Below, piece by piece: positions 16,304 to 25,781 of a stretch of DNA of 58,707 bases (position 1 is its first letter; every line of letters begins with the position of its first letter). Under the pieces are notes generated by a model, which made no database searches, was not told the DNA's origin, and saw only the letters and a list, made by a program, of their open reading frames with translations. Source of the stretch: an uncultured archaeon (GTDB lineage: Archaea; Aenigmatarchaeota; Aenigmatarchaeia; CG10238-14); contig CAZRNP010000001.1 of NCBI GenBank assembly GCA_964601485.1, positions 1-58,707 of the forward strand, given 5' to 3'. A program made the translations under genes and the position numbers.

Positions 16304-16459
16304 TTATAAATGTTTCATTAGAATTTCTTCAATTTCATCTTTTTTATGAAAATTCAAATGGATTTTTCTCTTATTACCATGTGGAAACCTAACGATTAAA
16401 CCTTCTCTAACCATATTATCCAACTCTTTCATGATTTCTTTTCTTATTTCAGGTGGCAT
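16304..16459 (-). CDS. Small protein (51 aa), possibly a wHTH fragment
   Basis: Not in the track. My translation is MPPEIRKEIMKELDNMVREGLIVRFPHGNKRKIHLNFHKKDEIEEILMKHL. It is divergent from 16548 and ends 3 nt from tRNA-Pro. Confidence 0.4.
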   Translation of the reverse strand: MPPEIRKEIMKELDNMVREGLIVRFPHGNKRKIHLNFHKKDEIEEILMKHL

Positions 16460-16471
16460 ACCTTTAGTATC

Positions 16472-16546
16472 AAAGCGTATACGTATACCTTAAAATATAT
16501 TTTTAACCACAGAAAAATTTAAATTAAAAAAAGCGTATACGTATAC
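16472..16546. promoter_or_regulatory. Divergent promoter region bracketed by two 17-bp direct repeats AAAGCGTATACGTATAC (each contains GTATAC twice)
   Basis: Copies at 16472-16488 and 16530-16546, with an AT-rich TATA-like sequence between them. One copy abuts the ATG at 16548; the other is 12 nt from the minus-strand ATG at 16459. Confidence 0.6.
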
Positions 16547-16547
16547 T

Positions 16548-16760
16548 ATGAAAGAAAAAGTAGCTTTAATTTTTGATATCCCAAGAAGGTTGGCTCCACT
16601 TAGATCAAAAATTCATAGACGGTTGAATAAAATTAATGCTGAAAAAATTCAGGATTCCATTTGGACATCTAATAGAATTGATTTGTTAATTGAGCTTGCG
16701 GATGAGATAAGAAGTTCAGGTGCTTCAGCGCAGGTTTTAAAAATTAAGGTTATTAAGTGA
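16548..16760 (+). CDS. Small protein (70 aa) with a Cas2/VapD-like beta-alpha-beta-beta-alpha-beta pattern (tentative)
   Basis: VALIFDIP...LRSKIHRRLNKINAEKIQDSIWTS...IDLLIELADEIRSSGASAQVLKIKVI matches the Cas2-like secondary-structure pattern by eye only. Confidence 0.35.
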   Translation: MKEKVALIFDIPRRLAPLRSKIHRRLNKINAEKIQDSIWTSNRIDLLIELADEIRSSGASAQVLKIKVIK

Positions 16761-17461
16761 TACTTATGCAAAGAATTAACCGACGAGAAATTGGAAAAAA
16801 ATATGAAAAATATGCTATGAAAAGATTAAATGTATTAGGGTTTAGCAACATAAACTGGGCAACTGAACATAAATATTTACCATACGACATAACTGCAGAA
16901 AAAAATGGCAAAAATTTTTACATTGAAGTAAAATATAGGGAGAAAAATTTCTCATTAGATATTTGGAGGGTCGCTCAGTTAGAAAAATTTGGCGATAAAA
17001 TATTATTTTTCCTTATTTCCAAAAATAAAGAAGAACTTATTACTTTAGAGGAATTAAAAAGAAGAAAGAAAATAGACGAGCAAGATATAGTTAATATTAA
17101 AACTTCAAAATTAAGAAAATCGGACCTTGTAGAACTATTTCAAAATAACCCTCGAATAAGAGTTATAGACTTTTTGATAGAGAATGAAATATTCGATTAC
17201 TCTAAGAAGGACATAGCAAGATATTCTGACGTATCTTGGAATACATTAGAAGGATTTTTCAACCAATTGATAAAGAAGGGTTTGGTAATAAAAACGAGAA
17301 AAGTTGGAAAATCAGATACGTATAAGATAAACTTAGAAAATCCGATTGTTCAAAAATTGATTGAAATAGATAAAAAATTAATGTTAGAATCGATTAAAGA
17401 TGCTGAAACTGAAGAAAAAGTTTCTAAAAGAATGAAATTAGAAAAACCGATCCAAGTATAA
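16757..17461 (+). CDS. PD-(D/E)xK nuclease-like N-domain fused to a C-terminal winged-helix domain
   Basis: PYDITAEKNGKNFYIEVKYR gives a D...ExK motif after the helix GKKYEKYAMKRLNVLGF (YraN/Hjc-like). The C-terminal wHTH-like region is SKKDIARYSDVSWNTLEGFFNQLIKKGLVIKTRKVGKSDTY. 4-nt overlap with the upstream ORF. Confidence 0.55.
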   Translation: MILMQRINRREIGKKYEKYAMKRLNVLGFSNINWATEHKYLPYDITAEKNGKNFYIEVKYREKNFSLDIWRVAQLEKFGDKILFFLISKNKEELITLEELKRRKKIDEQDIVNIKTSKLRKSDLVELFQNNPRIRVIDFLIENEIFDYSKKDIARYSDVSWNTLEGFFNQLIKKGLVIKTRKVGKSDTYKINLENPIVQKLIEIDKKLMLESIKDAETEEKVSKRMKLEKPIQV

Positions 17462-17464
17462 TCA

Positions 17465-18832
17465 TCACTTCAATTCATGCTTCTTCAGAAAATCTGTTAT
17501 AATTTCTTTTAAATCAGGTTTTCCTATTTCTTCAATCTTGTATCTAACCCTGACAGAAGGTTTGTTAATCTTTAGCAACCTGGCCAAATCAAACGGTGTA
17601 CCGACTAAAACTGCATCGCATTTAGCCTTGTTAATCGTATCTTCCAGTTCTTTCATCTGCTCATCGTTGTAACCCATCGCTGGTAAGACTTTACCTAAGT
17701 TCGGAAATTTCTTATAAGTTTCTTTTATCGAACCGACAGCATACGGTCTCGGGTCTATAATCTCGCAACCGAGTTGTTTTGCTGCTACAACACCAGCACC
17801 GTAAGAAGTACCACCGTGCGTCAAAGTCGGTCCGTCTTCAACGACTAGAACTTTCTTACCTTTTATTATCTCTGGTCTCTCTGTAGTCACAACAGAATTA
17901 GCTTCAATTATAATAGCCTTTGGGTTTATCTCTTTTAAATTCTTCTTCACTGTTTCAACATCTTCTCTCTTTGCAGAGTTTACTTTGTTTATTATGAGAA
18001 CGTCTGCTATTCTCGCATTTACTTCACCTGGATGATAGCTAATCTCATGACCAGGTCTCAACGGATCGGCAACGACAATCTGAAGGTCAGGTACATAGAA
18101 AGATATCTCATTGTTCCCGCCATCCCAGACAATCACATCAGCTTCTTTCTCCGCTTCTTTTAGAATAACGCCATAATCCACGCCTGAGTATATAACAAAA
18201 CCCTTTTCAACATAAGCCTCGTATTCTTCTCTTTCTTCAATCGTGCATTTATGTTTGTTTAAGTCTTCATACGTTGCAAACCTCATGGCCGTCTGTTCGA
18301 CTAAATCACCGTAAGGCATCGGTTCTCTTACAGCTACAAATTTTATTCCCATTTCATTAAGGATTTGACACACTTTTTGAGAAGTTTGACTCTTTCCAGA
18401 ACCAGTTCTGACGGCACAAACAGCTATGATTGGTTTTTTTGATTTAAGCATCACTTTTTTTGTCCCGATTATCTTGAAGTTAGCACCAGCAGCCAATGCC
18501 CTTGACCCTAGGTGCATCACATAATTATGAGCAAGGTCAGAGTATGCTAAGACAACATTATCTATCTCTTTTTCTTTTATGATTTTTTCCATGTCTGTTT
18601 CTGGGTAGATTGGTATACCATTAGGGTACAGTTTTCCTGCTAACTCTGGGGGATATTTTCTTTCTCCTGTTTCCACCGTCCCTAGGTTCTGTTCACCAGC
18701 CATCGTGAAACCAACGACATCGCATTCATCATTATCCCTAAAAACTGTGTTAAAAACGTGGAAATCCATCCCAGCAGCGCCTAGAATAAGAACTTTCTTC
18801 TTTTTCAAACAAACCACCCCCGAGTTAATCAA
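17465..18832 (-). CDS. P-loop NTPase of the predicted-GTPase (COG2403-like) type
   Basis: Walker A AVRTGSGKSQTS and about 450 aa. The family assignment is from memory of the overall pattern and is tentative. Confidence 0.45.
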   Translation of the reverse strand: MINSGVVCLKKKKVLILGAAGMDFHVFNTVFRDNDECDVVGFTMAGEQNLGTVETGERKYPPELAGKLYPNGIPIYPETDMEKIIKEKEIDNVVLAYSDLAHNYVMHLGSRALAAGANFKIIGTKKVMLKSKKPIIAVCAVRTGSGKSQTSQKVCQILNEMGIKFVAVREPMPYGDLVEQTAMRFATYEDLNKHKCTIEEREEYEAYVEKGFVIYSGVDYGVILKEAEKEADVIVWDGGNNEISFYVPDLQIVVADPLRPGHEISYHPGEVNARIADVLIINKVNSAKREDVETVKKNLKEINPKAIIIEANSVVTTERPEIIKGKKVLVVEDGPTLTHGGTSYGAGVVAAKQLGCEIIDPRPYAVGSIKETYKKFPNLGKVLPAMGYNDEQMKELEDTINKAKCDAVLVGTPFDLARLLKINKPSVRVRYKIEEIGKPDLKEIITDFLKKHELK

Positions 18833-19947
18833 ACTATAATTAACCTTGATGAAGTTAAGCTTTTCGCTTTTTTATCCATCATTAAAATATCGTTCTCTAA
18901 CCTACATCCACCTATCCCTGGTTCATAGACGCCTGGCTCTATAGTGAAAACCATGTTTTCTTTTATTTTAACCTCTTCCCATCCTTTCAATGTTTTTTTA
19001 TCTCTTGGTTTTGGCGAGAGTGAAGGAGAATCATGCAGTTCTAGACCCAAACCATGGCCGAGAGAATGTTTGAACTTAAACCCCCTCTTTTTTATGAAAT
19101 TTTCTACAGAATCATGAACCTTCCAAGTCGGTATACCTACTTTTATAATCTCAACAGCTTTTTTATGAGCTTCTTCAACTGTTTGAACGATTTTTTTCTG
19201 TTTTGAAGAGAGTTTTCCAAGAGTGAACGGGACAGTTATGTCAGAGCAATACCCCTTATACCTGACGCCAAAATCAACTAGGCCTAAACCATCTTGTATT
19301 TTTTGACCAGAGGAAGAAGGACTAGGATGAATGTAAGCAGACCTTTTACCTGAAGACACGATTGAAGGGAAAGCTAATTCATCTGCACCTTTCCTTATCA
19401 ACTCTTGTTCTAGGATTAATGCTAATTCTTTTTCTGTCATTTTTTTCGATAATTTTTTTTCTATGATTTTTATTCCATGGTTTGCTATTCCACATGCTCT
19501 CTTGATTCTTTCAACCTCTTTTGTTTCTTTAACACTTCTTATGTAAAGCATGATGTCGCTGATGTCTTGAAACTTAACATGCTTGAATTTTCTGTAAATT
19601 TTATAAGGAAAAATTTCTTCGATTATACCGATTGATTTAACTTTCTTTAATTTCTCTTTTAACACCTTTGTTAGGCTATGATCATAATGTTCTAAGTTTA
19701 TTATCTCATCAACTTCTGCATCTTTCAAAGCTTGATCGTAAGTCAACGGTGAAACAATCAGAATCCATTTATCTTTTACCATTAGCAAACAACTGAAAGA
19801 GAAAAATCGAGTCTGTTGAAAACCAGTGAAGTATTCTATGTTAACGTCATGTATCGGCTCAGAAGTCAAGAATAGCGCTGAATCTAATTTCTTTTCTCCT
19901 AGTTTTTTCTTGAATTCTTCTAACTTCTTATTAGATATTATTCTCAT
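18829..19947 (-). CDS. M24-family Xaa-Pro aminopeptidase/dipeptidase
   Basis: HSLGHGLGLELHD and TIEPGVYEPGIGGCRLENDI metal-ligand motifs. Confidence 0.85.
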   Translation of the reverse strand: MRIISNKKLEEFKKKLGEKKLDSALFLTSEPIHDVNIEYFTGFQQTRFFSFSCLLMVKDKWILIVSPLTYDQALKDAEVDEIINLEHYDHSLTKVLKEKLKKVKSIGIIEEIFPYKIYRKFKHVKFQDISDIMLYIRSVKETKEVERIKRACGIANHGIKIIEKKLSKKMTEKELALILEQELIRKGADELAFPSIVSSGKRSAYIHPSPSSSGQKIQDGLGLVDFGVRYKGYCSDITVPFTLGKLSSKQKKIVQTVEEAHKKAVEIIKVGIPTWKVHDSVENFIKKRGFKFKHSLGHGLGLELHDSPSLSPKPRDKKTLKGWEEVKIKENMVFTIEPGVYEPGIGGCRLENDILMMDKKAKSLTSSRLIIV

Positions 19948-19972
19948 AAACTCTATTTTGGATTAAGAGAAC

Positions 19973-20248
19973 TTAAAAATTGAAGCGTTTTCTAAGAATC
20001 TTAATAGAATGGTTGAAAATGTCTTGAAGCATTCCGCCCAAGCCTATGTTGAACAACAATGAATATCCACCTAAAGTTGCTGCCAATGCTAACAAACCGC
20101 CGGTAAAGGTATGGTGTAACCTCATTCTTTTACTCTTTCTAAACAAAAAGAACTTCATTTCAGGGAATTTTATGCTAATCAATTGAGTAATCGAGAATGT
20201 TGCTAAAAAAATAACTGGTTGAAATTCAACCCCTGTTCCTATCAACAT
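19973..20248 (-). CDS. Small membrane protein (91 aa)
   Basis: Hydrophobic helices only. Confidence 0.4.
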   Translation of the reverse strand: MLIGTGVEFQPVIFLATFSITQLISIKFPEMKFFLFRKSKRMRLHHTFTGGLLALAATLGGYSLLFNIGLGGMLQDIFNHSIKILRKRFNF

Positions 20249-20283
20249 AAACTATATTTAGATTTTCTCGTTTTTAATCCTTA

Positions 20284-20730
20284 CTACTGGGGTTTACAAA
20301 CTTTACAAGGAATATAACCACTGTTTTCGGCTTCTTCTATGTTTTTGAAGCAGGCTAAGTTCTGTTGACTGATTTTTTTAGCCCAAGTACAGTCGCAATT
20401 ATGATATTTTTTCGAAGTCTTGCTACCGACGAACATCGTTCCTGGAGGACAACTCAATGCTTCACAATCTGAATTTGTCTCTGATTGAACAGGGATACCT
20501 GTTGATTGTTCTGTTGTAGTTAAAGTTGTTTTTGGAATGGTTGTGGTTGTTGTAGTAGTTTTAGTGGTTAAAATTGTTGTTTCAATCGTAGTCATGGTTG
20601 TAGTTTCTATGTTTTTAACAATTTCCCCTGTGTGTCTAGGTTTTCCAAATACGATAAAAAACAGAATTAAAGTCAAGAAAACAATAATCACAGAAGCAAT
20701 TATTTTTTTAATAGAAATCAACAAAATCAC
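20284..20730 (-). CDS. Membrane-anchored protein: TM helix, poly-Thr stalk, C-terminal Ada-type Zn-binding-like domain
   Basis: TM helix IIASVIIVFLTLILFFIVF, a T-rich run, then KKYHNCDCTWAKKISQQNLACFKNIEEAENSGYIPCKVCKP. Confidence 0.6.
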   Translation of the reverse strand: MILLISIKKIIASVIIVFLTLILFFIVFGKPRHTGEIVKNIETTTMTTIETTILTTKTTTTTTTIPKTTLTTTEQSTGIPVQSETNSDCEALSCPPGTMFVGSKTSKKYHNCDCTWAKKISQQNLACFKNIEEAENSGYIPCKVCKPQ

Positions 20731-20832
20731 TCATTTAATATTGTAAATGAAGATATTTTTAGTTATCTTCTGTTAAACAGAAAATTGAATTTTATTGTGG
20801 AATACAATTCATGGATAAGAAGTTCTTTAAAC

Positions 20833-22467
20833 CTAAACAATGTTTATATTTCCCGTGTTACACATGTTAGAAGTACAAATCGTTATTTTGTGAAACCCTT
20901 TTGATAAAGGAGTGGAAGGATAAAGTTTGATTGTTGCTGATTGACCTGGTTTTATTATTCCTCCCATGTTGTATTCTGCCTTTATTTCTTCTGCTGATAA
21001 GGCTCGGTTGTAAATACGAACTTCATCGATAGTGCCGTTAAATGGAACATTAGAACGAGACATATGTAAATTTCCAAGTGAAGTTGTTTCTGGTGTAATA
21101 CCCGATAATTGTGTGCTATTATCTAAATTACCGTTAAGGTATATTTTAAGAATGTTTCCATCATAAGTGGTAACAAGATGATACCAAACATCTTTCTGAA
21201 GAGCTGTTTTATATATACAACCATGCCAAGATCCCATAGTATCTCTAAAAGCCCATGATTTTTGATAATTAGGATCGCTATGTCCCCAAGAGAAAACGTA
21301 GTTATCTCCATAAGATTCTGCAGGCATTCCTATAGCTTGACTAGTTTTTGAACCCACATCTAAATTACTTTTAAGCCACATTTCTATCGTGAAAACCGTA
21401 AGCCGTAAAGAAGGATTATCTGACACATTAACATAATCATCTATTCCATCAAAATTCAAAGCTTCTACATATTTTCCCTTAACCCAAATATGAGTATCAT
21501 TTGCATATTGATATGATTCTTCAAAACTATAAGACGCTACTGTCCTTGCTATTGACGTAGAACTCTGCATATCAGCTTGAATTTCTTCTTGAGATAAACT
21601 TCTATTATATATACGAACTTCATCAACATTTCCTGCAAAAACATAACCTGAAATACTCCCAGTTCTGAGTGCTGTTGTTGTTTTTTTCCATGAAGAAAAA
21701 CTTGCTGCTTGACCAGAATTTAAAAGTGTACCGTTCCTATAACTTTTCCAATACCCTGTGCTATTGAATACAAATGCTGTATGTGTCCAAACTGATAGTG
21801 GGGGAGATATATCTGTTATGACATAACTTGTGTCACCGATAGTGTTAGTGTAATAAATAAGCCAATACAAACTTCCTGCCGAGTCGCCTGAATTTCTATA
21901 AAGAATCCAATTATTACCACCACTTATATCTTTTCCTATTAAACCTTGACCTCTTGTTGACAAATCATTTACATAAAACCATAACTCTACTGTTTGTTCG
22001 CCTGAATCAAATTGAGTATTTGCTGGAACATTTACATAGTCATTAATTCCATCAAATTGTAAGCCCATTCCATATTTTCCATTAATTCTAGTAGCTTCAA
22101 AAATTGTACCATCATTAAAGTTTTCTCCATTAAAAACACCATTATTTCCTTTTCCACTATTATCTACAGTATTACTTCCAATTCCATCATCGAACTTCCA
22201 ATAACCAACTAATGAAGGATCATTTGAGACAATCAAATAATCTATAGGCTTGTCATCCAGATTAATAACGTTAAATGAAGTTATTGCAGCAGTCCCATCA
22301 TTCCTAACTGTTATCATGTCTTCATAAGCATCTATAATACTGAACACAGAAGATATTCTAGATGTGAGTCCACCAAAAACAAACAGATAGGCAGTTCCAG
22401 TTAGACTTATTGTTATAACAACCAAAAGAATAGTTGATATTATAGTAGATATTCCACTTTGTCTCAT
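20833..22467 (-). CDS. Archaeal type IV pilin-like N-terminus (class III signal peptide) fused to two LamG/concanavalin-like domains
   Basis: MRQSGISTIISTILLVVITISLTG resembles the Pilin_N consensus. There are two repeats of LVGYWKFDDG...GINDYV...DEVRIYNR(S/A)LS.EEI. Confidence 0.75.
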   Translation of the reverse strand: MRQSGISTIISTILLVVITISLTGTAYLFVFGGLTSRISSVFSIIDAYEDMITVRNDGTAAITSFNVINLDDKPIDYLIVSNDPSLVGYWKFDDGIGSNTVDNSGKGNNGVFNGENFNDGTIFEATRINGKYGMGLQFDGINDYVNVPANTQFDSGEQTVELWFYVNDLSTRGQGLIGKDISGGNNWILYRNSGDSAGSLYWLIYYTNTIGDTSYVITDISPPLSVWTHTAFVFNSTGYWKSYRNGTLLNSGQAASFSSWKKTTTALRTGSISGYVFAGNVDEVRIYNRSLSQEEIQADMQSSTSIARTVASYSFEESYQYANDTHIWVKGKYVEALNFDGIDDYVNVSDNPSLRLTVFTIEMWLKSNLDVGSKTSQAIGMPAESYGDNYVFSWGHSDPNYQKSWAFRDTMGSWHGCIYKTALQKDVWYHLVTTYDGNILKIYLNGNLDNSTQLSGITPETTSLGNLHMSRSNVPFNGTIDEVRIYNRALSAEEIKAEYNMGGIIKPGQSATIKLYPSTPLSKGFHKITICTSNMCNTGNINIV

Positions 22468-22492
22468 AATTATTATTTAATTTATAAAGAAA

Positions 22493-23827
22493 TTATTTTC
22501 CAGCAACTTGCACGTTCTCAAACCGTATGTAAGGACATATGCCAGCTAGAACACTCCCACCAGAAGTAATTACAGATCGATTAGAAACTCCAGAGATATT
22601 TTTTATCATATCGAGTATATTTCCAGCAACTAATCCTCCTTTTATCGGCTTGGTTAACTCTCCATTTTCAATATAATAGCCGACTCTAACCTCAGAAGAA
22701 AAATCGCCAGTAGTGCCATCAGGAGTGAGCCAACTGAAATGATCGACAAGTATTCCATGTCTAACTTCTTCTATCAGTTGTTCTAAAGTTTTATTCCCAG
22801 GTTTAACAAAAAAGTTGGACGTTCTGTTGATAGGCGTACTTCCATACTTCCCATCAAAAACAAAAAATGTATCATCCTGTCTTAAACCATTGCCTGTGGA
22901 TTTAGTTCCATCTTTTATCGCATAGAATTTATCATAGATGTAATCCTTGAAAACACCTCTTTCAATCAGGACATTCTTTCTTTGTGGAACACCTTCATCA
23001 TCAAACTCACTCGTCATCAGGCCGTAAGGATACAAACCATCACTAATAATCGTCAAACTATCCGAAGCAACTTTATCCCCAGGAGAAAATTTGGATATCT
23101 CATTGACTTTTGCAGAACCAGTCGAGTGTGGATCAATTACAGAACCTAAACCATCTAAAACGGATGTAGGTGAAAAAATCACAGTCGTTGTTTCTGTTCT
23201 TGGTTCTTCTGCTATGAACTGATCCCTAGCAATTTTTATCCATTCTTTAAATGTTGAAACCGGTAAATCGTCGATTCTTCTTCTGTATTCGTGTGGCCAG
23301 AACTCAACTTTTTTCCCATTTTTTTCAAGCACGATCGATAATTCAAGCATGAAATTTGTTTCTTCTCTTGACAAGTCTAAACCTTCAGAATTAACTATCT
23401 CTATCCGGCTATCATAAGTCCTAATTTTTCCAAACGATATCATAACATCTTTTGGGATTGAACCCAAAATTTGACTCGTATAATCTCTAACAGCTTCATC
23501 CCCATTATTTTTTATTTTTTTATCAATGTTTTCTACTTCTTTGAATGGTTGTTTTGAAGGAAATGTAAATTCAACTTTTTGAGTCATCTCAGAACTTTTC
23601 AACGCATTTTTTATCGTTTGTCTTATTTCAATAGGTGAAAAGATGTTGCTAGAACTGAAACCCATTCCGTTTTCATGAACACGAACACCATAACCGCTAT
23701 CAATCGTCTTATCAATAAAACTTATTTTATTTTTTTGTAGATGTATTTCATTGATTTCAGTTTTTTGCAGATAAACCTCGTACTCTTCTGCATTTTTTTC
23801 CAATTCTTTCAGTATAAATTCTCTCAT
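22493..23827 (-). CDS. pmbA: PmbA/TldE-family protein (partner of TldD)
   Basis: Paralogous in length and pattern to the adjacent TldD, lacks HExxxH, and has a 4-nt overlap with it. Confidence 0.75.
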   Translation of the reverse strand: MREFILKELEKNAEEYEVYLQKTEINEIHLQKNKISFIDKTIDSGYGVRVHENGMGFSSSNIFSPIEIRQTIKNALKSSEMTQKVEFTFPSKQPFKEVENIDKKIKNNGDEAVRDYTSQILGSIPKDVMISFGKIRTYDSRIEIVNSEGLDLSREETNFMLELSIVLEKNGKKVEFWPHEYRRRIDDLPVSTFKEWIKIARDQFIAEEPRTETTTVIFSPTSVLDGLGSVIDPHSTGSAKVNEISKFSPGDKVASDSLTIISDGLYPYGLMTSEFDDEGVPQRKNVLIERGVFKDYIYDKFYAIKDGTKSTGNGLRQDDTFFVFDGKYGSTPINRTSNFFVKPGNKTLEQLIEEVRHGILVDHFSWLTPDGTTGDFSSEVRVGYYIENGELTKPIKGGLVAGNILDMIKNISGVSNRSVITSGGSVLAGICPYIRFENVQVAGK

Positions 23828-25185
23828 CCGATTATCGCCTTCCTCACTCTCATGTACGGTCCGCCTGAACTAACTGGAACATAATCCTCGTGTCCTTTTC
23901 CACAACCAGAACCCCTCATCTCGAAGTCATCAGTAACAGCATCCACATTGTTCAAAAATTCTAAGACTTTTCCAGATATACCAACTCCCTTGTACAGTTG
24001 ACCCAGTTCCCCATTTTTTATCTCTCTAACTTTTTGTGTAGCAATCTGTAAATTGCCACCGATAGGGTCTTCCATTCCTGTTGATGCTTTAATCAAATAA
24101 AATCCTTTATCAGTATCTTCAATCAACTCATCATGCTTCCAGTCACCTGGCTCTATGTAAGTGTTACTCATACGAACAAAAACTTTTCTCGAGAAATCCT
24201 GAGCTCTTGCATTGCCAGTCACGTTAGAATTCATGAATGTAGCAGATTGTCTGTCGTGTAAGAAATGATTCAATACACCATTTTTGACTATTAAAGTATC
24301 GCTAGACTTTATTCCCTCATCATCGAAAAGGAAATATCCTCTTTCTCCCGCTAAAGCACTATTGTCATGAAGAGAAACTAATTCAGAAACGATTTTTTTT
24401 CCTAAAAGTTTAGCAAGGTATGATCTGTCCCTTAAGACTTGATCTGCTTCACAGCCATGACCAAAACTCTCATGAGCTATAACGCCAGATACATCTGGAT
24501 CGACGATAATGTCATGTATACCTCCTTTCAGAACTTTTGCTTTCAACATATCGATTGAACCGTTAATGACATTGCTAATCTCTTGATCCAAATCTAAGGA
24601 TGTGAAAAGTTCATAACCACCTTGTTTCTGTAAAATGTAATAATCATATTCAATTCTATTTTCTTCTTTTGCTATTGCTGATATTGAAAACCTGAAGAAT
24701 GGCAGGACTTGTCTAAGGGTTGAACCTTCTGTGTTCATGAATATTGTTTCGTTATTTGCATGAGCCAACACGACTGATGCGTTTATAATTATCTTGTTTT
24801 TCATTAATTGTCGAAATGTATTCCTAACTGTCTTAATTTTTTCTTCTAAGCTGACCTCTTCTGGCTTTTTCTTAACTTTTATTTCTTTATCAACTTCCCA
24901 AGAATCTTGTATTACTAATTTCGAAGGTTTATTACCAACCCTTCTTACTAACTTTTTAGTTTCGTCTAAAATCTTTTCTTCGTCAAATTCATTAAAGCCC
25001 AAATAATACCATTTGTTATCAGAGAATGCACGGATACAAAGACCAACAGAAGATGCTGTTCTTATATTTTCCTCAACTTTGTTCTTACCGAGACTCAGAG
25101 CATTACCTATCTCGAACCTAACGTCTCCATAATAAGTTTTTTCTAGTATTTTAACAATTTTTTCTGTCAAATCTCTTGGGTCCAT
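23824..25185 (-). CDS. tldD: TldD-family metalloprotease
   Basis: HESFGHGCEAD (HExxxH) and the C-terminal GGPYMRV region. Confidence 0.85.
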   Translation of the reverse strand: MDPRDLTEKIVKILEKTYYGDVRFEIGNALSLGKNKVEENIRTASSVGLCIRAFSDNKWYYLGFNEFDEEKILDETKKLVRRVGNKPSKLVIQDSWEVDKEIKVKKKPEEVSLEEKIKTVRNTFRQLMKNKIIINASVVLAHANNETIFMNTEGSTLRQVLPFFRFSISAIAKEENRIEYDYYILQKQGGYELFTSLDLDQEISNVINGSIDMLKAKVLKGGIHDIIVDPDVSGVIAHESFGHGCEADQVLRDRSYLAKLLGKKIVSELVSLHDNSALAGERGYFLFDDEGIKSSDTLIVKNGVLNHFLHDRQSATFMNSNVTGNARAQDFSRKVFVRMSNTYIEPGDWKHDELIEDTDKGFYLIKASTGMEDPIGGNLQIATQKVREIKNGELGQLYKGVGISGKVLEFLNNVDAVTDDFEMRGSGCGKGHEDYVPVSSGGPYMRVRKAIIG

Positions 25186-25227
25186 AATTAATATTAGTTT
25201 GAGAGATTTAAATCAAATAGAATAATT

Positions 25228-25710
25228 CTAAACGCATGCCCCATCAACACATTTTTTACCAGTATACACACAGTTATAGTATTTACGGCCATAATAAGCA
25301 GAACAGAAATATTCTGTTAACAAATCACCAGTACAAGAGTCTGTATGACTGTAAGGCTTACCAAGGTAATATCCTGATACAGTACCTTTAACATTGTATT
25401 TTACACCGCCATCTGAGTCACTACAACTGTCGGGTATCTTAGTAGTAGTAACATTAGGTAAAACAGTAGTAGTTGTAATAGAAATTGTAGTTGTTGTAAG
25501 AGTTGTTGTAGTTATTTTAACCGTAGTCGTAGTTGTTGGACACGGACCACAGTCTTGTGAACATGAATTGCAAGCCTCTTCTGTATCACATTTTCCATTA
25601 CCACAATAAGGTTTATTATCAACGGATATAAAAATTAAAGATATTATTGCGAGGATTATTATTGCTACCACTGTCATCAATACGTTTCTTTCTTTCTTCC
25701 TTCTAGCCAT
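25228..25710 (-). CDS. Membrane-anchored protein: TM helix, Cys-rich segment, poly-Thr stalk, Cys-rich C-domain
   Basis: VVAIIILAIISLIFISV; CGNGKCDTEEACNSCSQDCGPC; a T-rich run; then a Cys-rich tail. Confidence 0.6.
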   Translation of the reverse strand: MARRKKERNVLMTVVAIIILAIISLIFISVDNKPYCGNGKCDTEEACNSCSQDCGPCPTTTTTVKITTTTLTTTTISITTTTVLPNVTTTKIPDSCSDSDGGVKYNVKGTVSGYYLGKPYSHTDSCTGDLLTEYFCSAYYGRKYYNCVYTGKKCVDGACV

Positions 25711-25781
25711 AATTTATAATAATTTTGTGAGGTATAAAAAGTTATTTTTTAACTCTTAATTCTAATTATAAATGGAATAAA

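Noticed and set aside
20537-20746. Val-rich ORFs 20537..20746 and 25394..25609.
   Set aside because: They are antisense readings of poly-Thr coding low-complexity DNA in well-supported minus-strand genes.
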